From contig JBGSIP010000227.1 of assembly GCA_041742495.1 (NCBI GenBank), positions 1 through 43,423 of the forward strand: DNA of 43,423 nt, given 5' to 3'. This DNA comes from Planctomycetaceae bacterium. GTDB taxonomy: Bacteria; Planctomycetota; Planctomycetia; Planctomycetales; Planctomycetaceae. This document shows, piece after piece, positions 25,877 to 34,489 of the stretch. The notes under the pieces were generated by a model. It was not told the DNA's origin. It ran no database searches and worked only from the letters and a program-made list of their open reading frames with translations. Each line of letters opens with the position of its first letter. The stretch's first letter is position 1. The translations under genes and the position numbers were made by a program.

Positions 25877-28800
25877 ATGATGGGCACTCAGTTGAGTTTG
25901 CAGTTCGACACACCACCACCATTCATTTCTGTCAGAGAACCAGAACCGAACCGGCAATTAAAGCCGGCCCCGATCGCCAGCGGCGAGAAGTCGAAGGCCC
26001 GCGACATCATCACCGCTATCCGCACGCTGAAAGCCATCGAGCAGCAACACCGAACGGCGACACCTGACGAAAAGCAACTGCTCTCCCGCTTCGCCGGTTT
26101 CGGTCCCGTGGCACTCTCGATATTTCCCGATCCGGTCAGCGGCAGATACAAGGACGCCGGATGGCAGTCCCTGGGAGATGAGCTAAAGACGCTGCTCACC
26201 CCGGAGGAATACGACAGCGCCAAGCGGACGACCTTCAACGCCTTTTACACATCGCCGACCGTTATCGCTTCCATGCACGAAGCGATTGCCCGATTGGGCG
26301 TGCCTGATAAGGCCACTGTCCTGGAACCCGGTTGCGGTATCGGCAACTTCATGGGGCAGGGCACGCCGGGAAACCGCTTCATCGGCGTGGAATTGGACTC
26401 CATCTCCGGCCGCATCGCCAGGGCCATCCATCCCGAACACGACATCCGCATCGAGAGTTTCCGCGACACGAAGCTGCCCGAGAATCGCATTGATGCCGTG
26501 ATCGGCAACGTGCCGTTCGCTGACCTCAAGCTTGATTACCAGGGCCAGAAGCTTTCCCTGCATGACTACTTCTTCGCCAAATCCATCGACGCCCTGAAGC
26601 CCGGCGGAGTGCTGGCACTGGTTACGTCGCATTTCACACTCGACAAGCAGAACGCCGCCATCCGCGAGTACCTCGCCTCGAAGGCCGACTTCGTGGGAGC
26701 CATCCGCCTGCCATCGGATGCGTTCAAACGGGAAGGAACCGCCGTGGTGACCGACATCGTGTTTCTTCGCAAGCGGGCTCCTGGGGAGCCAGCCAATCAT
26801 GTGGACACTGATTGGTTGGGCGTGGCACCGCTAGAGATCGATGGCGCAGAGGTTCCTGTCAACCGCTACTTCCTGAACCATCCGGAGATGGTGCTTGGCA
26901 AGTGGAGCCGCAAGGACACGCTCTACGGCGGGGAAGGCTTCAGCGTCACCAGCAATGGCGATATAAGCGAGAAGCTTCGGGAAGCAGTGAGCCGCCTGCC
27001 GCGATTTGAAAGCATTCAGGCAACCACAGATCAGAAGGAAGAGACAGCACCCGCATTTATTCCACCGCCGCCCGAGCGGCATATCGGCGAAGGCAGCTTC
27101 TTCATCGGCGACGACAAGCTCATTTACCAATCCGAAGGCGGGCAGGGTGTGCCCGTTGTGTACGGTGGCACCACCCTGAAAGCAGACGGAACGCTCACCG
27201 GAAAACGCTTGGCCGCCCTCGTGGGCCTGCGGGACCGCGCCCGCCGCGTGCTGCAATCTCAGAACGAAGGCTGGCCCGAGGCGAATCGTGATGACGCACG
27301 CCGCGAACTCAATCTGGCCTACGACCGGTTCGTGGCCGCGTACGGCCCGATCAACAAGACCACCTTCGGCGAGACCGCCGACGGCAGCATGATCCGCCGG
27401 ATGCCCAATCTGGTGAAGTTCCGCGAAGACCCGGACGCCATGCTGGTCATGTCCCTGGAAGATTATGACGAGGTTACGGGGAAGGGAACGAAAGCCGCCA
27501 TCATGGCCAGGGACGTGGTGGGCAAGACTCCGCCCATCACCCATGTCCGCAGCGCCGAGGAAGGATTGCTGGTTTCCCTGAACCAAAAAGGAGCCGTGGA
27601 TCTGCCGTTCATCGGAACGCTCTACGGCAAGCAGAAAGCCGAAATCGTTGCCGAACTGGGCGAACTGATCTTTCCTGACCCGGAATCCAGAACATGGCAA
27701 ACCGCCGACGCCTATCTCTCCGGGAATGTCCGCACCAAACTCACCGCCGCCGAACACGCCGGTCCTCAATATGCCCGCAACGTCAACGCCCTGCGAAGCG
27801 TGCAGCCCGAGGACGTGCTGCCGGGAGACATCGACGCCAATCTTGGCGCACCCTGGATACCGGTGAGCGACATCCAGGCATTCGCCGCCGACCTCTTCAA
27901 GGTCGAGCTATCTTCTATCCCAGTCGCCCACCTGAAAAAAGATGCCGTCTGGAGCCTCGACGCCGGTTACGCCGCCAAGGCATCGGTTGGAGCAACGTCC
28001 GAATTTGGGACAGGTCGCGCCAACGGCACCTGGCTGCTGGACCTGGCCCTCAACATGAAATCGCCGACCATCTACGACACGATCCAGAATGGCGACCGCG
28101 AGGAGCGGGTCGTCAATCAGGAAGCGACGATGGCCGCCCGCGAGAAGCAGAAACTCATCAAGGAGCGTTTCCGTTCCTGGGTATTCTCCGATCCTGAACG
28201 CACGGAGCGTCTCGTGCGGACTTACAACGACACCTACAACAACCTCCGGCCCCGCCTGTTCGACGGCGGGCATCTCGACTTCCCCGGCATGAACCAGACG
28301 CTGACGCTTCGGCCCCACCAGAAGGATGCGGTCTGGCGTGGCATGAGCAGCGGCAACACGCTGCTGGCCCACGTCGTAGGCGCCGGCAAGACGTTCACGA
28401 TGGCCGCCACCGGCATGAAGATGAAGGAAGCCGGTCTCATCAAGAAGCCGATGTACGTCGTCCCCAACCACCTGCTGGAGCAGTTCTCCCGCGAATTCAT
28501 GCAGCTTTACCCGAACGCCAAGCTGCTGGTCGCCAGCAAGGAAGACCTTTCGCGGGATCGCCGCAAGATGCTCACCGCCAAGATCGCCAGCGGCGAATGG
28601 GACGGGATCATTGTCACGCATTCGAGTTTCGAGCGAATCGGCATGAGCCGGGATTACCAGGAGAAGTTCCTGACCGAGCAAATCGCCGAGTACGACCAAC
28701 TGCTACTGGAGCACGCTGCCGACAAGGGAGCCAACCGCAATCTCATCAAGACCATCGAGAAGCAGAAAGCAGCACGGTGCGAACGGCTGAAAGACCTGCT

Positions 28801-31033
28801 CGCCGACGACAAGAAGGATGACGGGCTGGTGTTTGATGAACTCGGCGTCGATCACGTCTTCATCGACGAAGCGCACTACTTCAAGAACCTGGAGACGCCG
28901 ACCAAGATGGAGCGCGTCGCCGGAATCCAGACCGGAGGCTCAGAGCGTGCCTTCGACGTGTACATGAAAGCCCGCTACCTCGACGAGCAGCACGCCGGCC
29001 ACGGCGTGACGTTTGCCACCGGCACTCCGATCAGCAACACGATGGTGGAGATGTACACCATGCAGCGATTCCTTGATCCCAAAGGGCTCAGGGAACGCGG
29101 GCTGGAGCATTTCGACGCATGGGCCGCCACGTTCGGCGAAGTAGTTGACACGATGGAAATCTCACCCGACGGCGCGGGTCTGCGTCCACGCAGCCGATTT
29201 GCCCGCTTCACGAACTTGCCAGAACTCCAGCAGATGTTCCGAGCGTTCTCCGATGTGCAGACGGCCGAGATGCTGAACCTGCCGCGCCCCCGCCTGCAAG
29301 GCGGAAAGCCCACCGTTGTTGCCTGCCCGATGTCCGAGGAGCAGCAAGCCCTTCAGCAAGAACTGGTCGAACGCTACGAACGCTTGCGGTCGCAAAAAGT
29401 TGACCCGCGTGTTGACAACGCACTCGCCATCACCACCGACGGACGCAAGCTGGCCACCGACGCAAGGATGCTTTCAGCCACGGCACCCGACTTCCCGGAA
29501 TCGAAAGTCAACCGCCTCGTTGAGAATGTCGCGGACACATGGAAGAAGACCGCCGCGACACGCGGCACGCAGATGATCTTCGCTGACATGGGCGTCAATC
29601 CGACCGCCTGGGGTTACTCACCGTATGACGAGATTATCACCAAGCTGGTTGCCCACGGCATTCCCCGTGACCAGATCGCCGCCATCGGCGACGCTGAATC
29701 CGACGCCAAGAAACAGGCACTCTTCGAGAGGGTCCGCAATGGTTCCGTTCGCATTCTGATCGGCAGCACGCAGAAGATGGGCACCGGCACCAACGTCCAG
29801 AAACGCCTAGTTGCGCTGCATCACCTCGACGCCCCCTGGAAGCCAGCGGAAGTCGAGCAGCGCGACGGCCGCATCCTTCGGCAGGGAAACGAAAACGAGG
29901 AAGTGGCGATCTACCGCTACGTCACCGAAGGATCATTCGACGCCTACATGTGGCAGGCACTTGAAACCAAAGCGCGGTTCATTGGCCAGGTCATCACCGG
30001 CGACAACGCCACCCGCCGCGCCGAGGACATCGGCGGCCAGGAACTCTCCTACGCCGAGGTCAAGGCGATTGCGTCGGGGAATCCAGCCGTGCTGACGCTG
30101 GCGGAAGCTGACGCCGAACTGCAACGCCTCACTCTACTCAAGAAGAACCATCTCGACGAACAATACGTCGCCCGCCGCAGCGTGCGCGACTTGCCAGCGA
30201 CCATCGCCAGCCAGAGCGAGCGACTGTCGAAGCTCACGGCAGACGAGGCGACCGCCAACGCCCGTGCCGGCGACCCAATCACCATCGCGGGCCGCACCTG
30301 GTCACGCGAAGACATACCCGAGATTCTCGGCGGTAAACTGGATGCCTTACCGAAGAACGTCCGCGACACGACCCGCGTGCCGCTTGGCAACTATCGTGGC
30401 TTACGTTTCGGCCTTGTGCTTCATCCGCAATTTCCGCCCGACGTGTACCTGGAAGGTGCGATCACCCGTCAGTCCGGCCTCTCACGCGAACACCAGGGGC
30501 CGCGTGCCGTGCTGAACGCACTGGAACGACTCGCCAGCGGTTACGGCTCTGAATGCGTCCGCGTCCAGCAAGACCTTTCCATCGCGGAAGCCCAGCTTCG
30601 CGATTACCAGGCCCGCCTTGGCAAGCCCTTCACGCATGAAACCTATCTGACTGAACTGACCAGCCTGCGCGACCAGCTCAAGGCTGGCCTTTCCAGCACA
30701 GCCCACGAGTTGGACAACGAGGAGGGTCCGAGCGCTTCCGAACTGGCCGAGAAGATCAAGGCGATCAAGGCAGCGAACAGCATCGAGGCGACGCCTCAGC
30801 GAGTCCGCCAAAAACACTCCACTGCCGAGGAACCCATCACCGCCCGCATCCGCCGCAGGGCGGAGTCAATTCCCGCATCCGAATCAGCGAGTGAAGCCGA
30901 TGCTGCACCCGAAGCAGGGTCGGCTCTGCCGCCAGAACCTTCGCCGAATTCATCTGGCAAGCCGCCGATGACGTTCCAGGAGCGTATCGCGATGGAGCGG
31001 CAACGCAAGGACCAGGAACCAAGCCTGTCTTGA
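25877..31033 (+). CDS. Giant N6-adenine DNA methyltransferase / SNF2-helicase fusion protein (phage P1 DarB-like; probable anti-restriction function)
   Basis: MTase motif I 'LEPGCGIGNF' and motif IV 'GNVPFAD'. SNF2 motifs: 'LRPHQKDAV', 'GAGKTF', 'FIDEAHYFKN', 'TGTPISN', 'HLDAPWKPAEVEQRDGRILRQGN'. The ORF is open from 25181, but I prefer ATG 25877, which has SD GGAAGGAG. Confidence 0.85.
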   Translation: MMGTQLSLQFDTPPPFISVREPEPNRQLKPAPIASGEKSKARDIITAIRTLKAIEQQHRTATPDEKQLLSRFAGFGPVALSIFPDPVSGRYKDAGWQSLGDELKTLLTPEEYDSAKRTTFNAFYTSPTVIASMHEAIARLGVPDKATVLEPGCGIGNFMGQGTPGNRFIGVELDSISGRIARAIHPEHDIRIESFRDTKLPENRIDAVIGNVPFADLKLDYQGQKLSLHDYFFAKSIDALKPGGVLALVTSHFTLDKQNAAIREYLASKADFVGAIRLPSDAFKREGTAVVTDIVFLRKRAPGEPANHVDTDWLGVAPLEIDGAEVPVNRYFLNHPEMVLGKWSRKDTLYGGEGFSVTSNGDISEKLREAVSRLPRFESIQATTDQKEETAPAFIPPPPERHIGEGSFFIGDDKLIYQSEGGQGVPVVYGGTTLKADGTLTGKRLAALVGLRDRARRVLQSQNEGWPEANRDDARRELNLAYDRFVAAYGPINKTTFGETADGSMIRRMPNLVKFREDPDAMLVMSLEDYDEVTGKGTKAAIMARDVVGKTPPITHVRSAEEGLLVSLNQKGAVDLPFIGTLYGKQKAEIVAELGELIFPDPESRTWQTADAYLSGNVRTKLTAAEHAGPQYARNVNALRSVQPEDVLPGDIDANLGAPWIPVSDIQAFAADLFKVELSSIPVAHLKKDAVWSLDAGYAAKASVGATSEFGTGRANGTWLLDLALNMKSPTIYDTIQNGDREERVVNQEATMAAREKQKLIKERFRSWVFSDPERTERLVRTYNDTYNNLRPRLFDGGHLDFPGMNQTLTLRPHQKDAVWRGMSSGNTLLAHVVGAGKTFTMAATGMKMKEAGLIKKPMYVVPNHLLEQFSREFMQLYPNAKLLVASKEDLSRDRRKMLTAKIASGEWDGIIVTHSSFERIGMSRDYQEKFLTEQIAEYDQLLLEHAADKGANRNLIKTIEKQKAARCERLKDLLADDKKDDGLVFDELGVDHVFIDEAHYFKNLETPTKMERVAGIQTGGSERAFDVYMKARYLDEQHAGHGVTFATGTPISNTMVEMYTMQRFLDPKGLRERGLEHFDAWAATFGEVVDTMEISPDGAGLRPRSRFARFTNLPELQQMFRAFSDVQTAEMLNLPRPRLQGGKPTVVACPMSEEQQALQQELVERYERLRSQKVDPRVDNALAITTDGRKLATDARMLSATAPDFPESKVNRLVENVADTWKKTAATRGTQMIFADMGVNPTAWGYSPYDEIITKLVAHGIPRDQIAAIGDAESDAKKQALFERVRNGSVRILIGSTQKMGTGTNVQKRLVALHHLDAPWKPAEVEQRDGRILRQGNENEEVAIYRYVTEGSFDAYMWQALETKARFIGQVITGDNATRRAEDIGGQELSYAEVKAIASGNPAVLTLAEADAELQRLTLLKKNHLDEQYVARRSVRDLPATIASQSERLSKLTADEATANARAGDPITIAGRTWSREDIPEILGGKLDALPKNVRDTTRVPLGNYRGLRFGLVLHPQFPPDVYLEGAITRQSGLSREHQGPRAVLNALERLASGYGSECVRVQQDLSIAEAQLRDYQARLGKPFTHETYLTELTSLRDQLKAGLSSTAHELDNEEGPSASELAEKIKAIKAANSIEATPQRVRQKHSTAEEPITARIRRRAESIPASESASEADAAPEAGSALPPEPSPNSSGKPPMTFQERIAMERQRKDQEPSLS

Positions 31034-31222
31034 GTCCGGGTCGCGGAATTCGCTGATGAGTATCCACCTGTTCCCGGAAGCCATCTGGGGGCAGGACCAG
31101 AGGCCCCAGTTCCCGCCCCCAGGCCCCCACTCTCTTCCCTCTTTTCTGTTCCGGTTTTCAGAAGCAAAGGACGGCCGCAAGCCGATCCGCCGTAAACCCG
31201 TTCGGGACAAGAACAACGGACC

Positions 31223-31250
31223 TTGACAAGTCTATCACGGGCCGATAGAC
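31223..31250 (+). promoter_or_regulatory. Candidate promoter -35 box plus palindromic operator upstream of the HTH gene
   Basis: TTGACA (31223-31228) is immediately followed by a perfect inverted repeat GTCTATC (31230-31236) / GATAGAC (31244-31250) with a 7-nt spacer. It lies about 30 nt upstream of ATG 31279. Confidence 0.4.
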
Positions 31251-31278
31251 CCTACTGCAAGCAAAAGGAGCACCCCGA

Positions 31279-31575
31279 ATGCCATTTGAGCGATCCCTGG
31301 AGATCGAACGCCGCCTTGACGATGTACTCCGCCTGATTCGCACTGGGCGGTTTTCAACGCCCATGCTGGCTGAAGAAGTGGGCGTCTCGATCCCGACGAT
31401 TTCCCGATGCGTCACGGCTTTGCGGCTGAGGGGGCACGATATCCGGGCCGAAAAGAACGAAGAGGGATGGCGCTACGTGATTGCTGGAAAGAAAAATCCG
31501 GAAACGAAACGGGCAGTGGATGCCAAAACGAAAAGTCCGTCAACGGCTTCCAAACTGAGCGGCCACGATGACTGA
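31279..31575 (+). CDS. Small winged-helix/HTH transcriptional regulator (HTH_11/DeoR-like)
   Basis: 'FSTPMLAEEVGVSIPTISRCVTALRLRGHDI' is an HTH pattern. The 3' end overlaps the SNF2 gene start by 8 nt (ATGACTGA). Confidence 0.7.
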   Translation: MPFERSLEIERRLDDVLRLIRTGRFSTPMLAEEVGVSIPTISRCVTALRLRGHDIRAEKNEEGWRYVIAGKKNPETKRAVDAKTKSPSTASKLSGHDD

Positions 31576-34450
31576 ATACCACGCCAAATACTTCGCTTAC
31601 GAGCTAACTCGGAGAGGTGCCGCCGGGTTGGATCGTTTGTCGATGTCGCTCTTTGACGCGGCGGTCGATCTCAACCCGCACCAGATCGAGGCGGCCCTTT
31701 TTGCACTTCAGTCGCCGCTGTCGAAGGGCGTCATCCTCGCCGACGAAGTCGGGCTCGGAAAAACCATCGAGGCAGGTATCGTCCTCTGCCAATCTTGGGC
31801 CGAACGCAAGCGAAAGCTGTTGGTGATATGCCCGGCATCAATCCGTAAGCAATGGGCGCTGGAACTCTCGGAGAAGTTCAACCTGCCAGCTATCGTCTTG
31901 GACGCCAAGGCGTCGCGGGATGTGCAACGGTTGGGTCGAGCACCCCTTTCCGAGAAAGCAGTGCTTGTCATGTCGTTCAATTATGCCAGTAAGATTCGTG
32001 AGCACCTGAAGGCGATCTCCTGGGACTTAGTTGTCATCGACGAAGCACATAAACTCAAGAACGCCTACCGCCCAAGCAATAAGGTCGGCCAAGGAATTCG
32101 CTGGGCCACCGAAGACTGCCGAAAACTTCTGCTGACGGCAACGCCGCTTCAGAATTCATTGGTGGAACTCTACGGGCTGTCAACGCTCATCGACGAACAC
32201 CTTTTCGGGGACATCAATTCTTTCCGTGCTCAATACACCGGCGCGGGAAGCAATCTTGAGGCGTTGAGGCAACGGCTTTCGACCTTCTGCAAACGCACCC
32301 TTCGGAATCAGGTCACCGAGTATATCCGCTATACCGCAAGACGAGCGATCACTCGCCCGTTCAAACCCAGCGACGACGAGCACGCTTTGTATGAAGCGGT
32401 TTCGGCCTTCCTCCAACGAGAAAACAGTTATGCACTCCCGCACCGACAGAGGCACTTGACCGCCCTGATTCTGCGAAAGCTCCTCGCGTCTTCTTCCCAG
32501 GCCATCGCCGCGACTCTGGATACCTTACGGGCACGCCTTGAGACGCTTCGCGATCAACAAGCGGTGAGCGATCCCGAATTCACGGAGCAATTGATAGAAG
32601 GCGAGGAAATCGAGGACGACCTTCTCGACGAAATCCTCAACGAAGATTCAGACTCTGAGGAAGACGAAACGAAGACATTGACCATCGACCGCCTGAGACT
32701 GAAAGAAGAAATTGAAGTTCTTGCTCGCCTCGCCAAATGGGCACACAGCATTGGTATCGACACCAAGACGCGCAGCTTACTCACGGCACTGGAACTCGGC
32801 TTCGAGAAGATGACTTCGTTTGGTGCGGCCAAAAAAGCGCTCATCTTCACCGAATCGCGACGCACGCAGGAGCATCTGAAAACTTTCCTTGAATCCCACG
32901 GTTATCGTGGACAGGTCGTGCTGTTCAATGGCACGAACGGCGGGCCAGAAGCGACGGCTATCTACGAGAAATGGGCGGTGGCCAACCGCGAGTCGGGCCG
33001 GGCATCCGGTTCACGGGCCGTTGACGTTCGCACGGCACTTATCGAGCATTTCCGCGACAACGCATCAATCCTGCTCGCTACCGAGGCGGCCTCCGAGGGT
33101 GTTAACCTGCAATTCTGCTCGCTGGTGGTGAATTACGACCTCCCCTGGAATCCGCAGCGTATCGAGCAGCGTATCGGCCGTTGCCACCGATACGGGCAAA
33201 AGCATGATGTTGTCGTCATCAACTTCCTGAACGAACGGAATGCAGCGGACCAGCGTGTTCTCGAATTGCTCTCCGAGAAATTCCGCCTCTTCGATGGCGT
33301 TTTCGGCGCCTCCGACGAAGTCTTAGGCTCGATTGAGTCCGGGGTCGATTTCGAGAAACGAATCCTCGCCATCTACCAGCAGTGCCGTAGCACTGAGGAG
33401 ATCGACTCTGCCTTTCGCATGTTGCAGGAGGAGATGGACGAACAAATCCGCACGCGGCTCGATGACACGCGACGTTCACTTCTCGAACACTTTGACGAAG
33501 ACGTGCATGAGCGATTGCGAGTAAAGCTGGCCGACACCAAGGCACAACTCGACCGTGTGAGCAAGCGGTTCTGGGCCGTCACACGATTCATACTGGAAGG
33601 CAAGGCCCAATTCGATGAAAAGACCTTGGCATTTCAGCTCGCTGATCCGCCACGCAATGACATCCCAATCGGTCGCTATCACTTGATTTCCAAAACACAT
33701 CCTCAAGCGACTCCCGAAATCAGCGACGATTCCGGACAGTTCCTTTACCGCCTCTCTCACCCGCTCGGTGAATTGGTCCTTGATCGAGCCAAGAGGACCG
33801 AGACGCCATCCGCCAGTATTACGTTTGACGTGAGCAATCACCCGACTCGGCTGCACGTTATTGAAGCCCTACGTGGCAAGAGCGGCTATTTGACGCTCTG
33901 CCGTCAAGTGATCGATTCTTTCGAGACAGAGGAGCATTTGCTCTTCTCAGGGTTTGACGACGACGGCAATTCGCAGGATCAGGAGACAATGGACAAGCTG
34001 TTTCAATGCTCCGGGCGTGTGGATGCTGGTTCAGAGCTTCCTAACGTCTTGACAGTCCGCTTGTCCCAAGAATCCACTCGCCATGCTGAGGCAAATATTA
34101 GCCGATCACTTGAGGCCAACAGTCGTCACTTCCAGCAGGCCAGGGAGAAGCTGGAGCACTGGGCCGACGACATGGTCCTCGCCGCCGAGAAGGCGCTGCG
34201 TGACACCAAAGAGAAGATCAAGGTGCTCCAGCGCGAGGCCCGACAGGCCGCCACATTGGCCGATCAGCACCGAATCCAGGAAGAGATTCATAAGCTGGAG
34301 AAGGTCAAAAGGCGCCAACGCCAGGACATTTTCAAGGCCGAGGACGAGATCATCGAAAAAAGAGACTCGCTGATTGAATCCCTTGAAAAGCGGCTTTCCC
34401 AGCGGACCCACACCGAAACACTTTTCACCATACGCTGGTCTGTCGTTTAA
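31568..34450 (+). CDS. SNF2-family helicase/translocase (960 aa) with a C-terminal coiled-coil
   Basis: 'LNPHQIEAA', 'ILADEVGLGKTIEAG', 'LVVIDEAHKLKN', 'LLLTATPLQNSL', 'ALIFTESRRT', 'LLATEAASEGVNLQ', 'YDLPWNPQRIEQRIGRCHRYGQ'. Confidence 0.9.
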   Translation: MTEYHAKYFAYELTRRGAAGLDRLSMSLFDAAVDLNPHQIEAALFALQSPLSKGVILADEVGLGKTIEAGIVLCQSWAERKRKLLVICPASIRKQWALELSEKFNLPAIVLDAKASRDVQRLGRAPLSEKAVLVMSFNYASKIREHLKAISWDLVVIDEAHKLKNAYRPSNKVGQGIRWATEDCRKLLLTATPLQNSLVELYGLSTLIDEHLFGDINSFRAQYTGAGSNLEALRQRLSTFCKRTLRNQVTEYIRYTARRAITRPFKPSDDEHALYEAVSAFLQRENSYALPHRQRHLTALILRKLLASSSQAIAATLDTLRARLETLRDQQAVSDPEFTEQLIEGEEIEDDLLDEILNEDSDSEEDETKTLTIDRLRLKEEIEVLARLAKWAHSIGIDTKTRSLLTALELGFEKMTSFGAAKKALIFTESRRTQEHLKTFLESHGYRGQVVLFNGTNGGPEATAIYEKWAVANRESGRASGSRAVDVRTALIEHFRDNASILLATEAASEGVNLQFCSLVVNYDLPWNPQRIEQRIGRCHRYGQKHDVVVINFLNERNAADQRVLELLSEKFRLFDGVFGASDEVLGSIESGVDFEKRILAIYQQCRSTEEIDSAFRMLQEEMDEQIRTRLDDTRRSLLEHFDEDVHERLRVKLADTKAQLDRVSKRFWAVTRFILEGKAQFDEKTLAFQLADPPRNDIPIGRYHLISKTHPQATPEISDDSGQFLYRLSHPLGELVLDRAKRTETPSASITFDVSNHPTRLHVIEALRGKSGYLTLCRQVIDSFETEEHLLFSGFDDDGNSQDQETMDKLFQCSGRVDAGSELPNVLTVRLSQESTRHAEANISRSLEANSRHFQQAREKLEHWADDMVLAAEKALRDTKEKIKVLQREARQAATLADQHRIQEEIHKLEKVKRRQRQDIFKAEDEIIEKRDSLIESLEKRLSQRTHTETLFTIRWSVV

Positions 34451-34489
34451 CGGCCCGCAGAGAGAAACCACGAAGGAACGGACGCAGCA

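Noticed and set aside
26183-28699. Several 200-310-aa minus-strand ORFs (26183..26800, 26831..27769, 27908..28699)
   Set aside because: They are antisense to the giant methylase-helicase gene, whose frame carries all the catalytic motifs.
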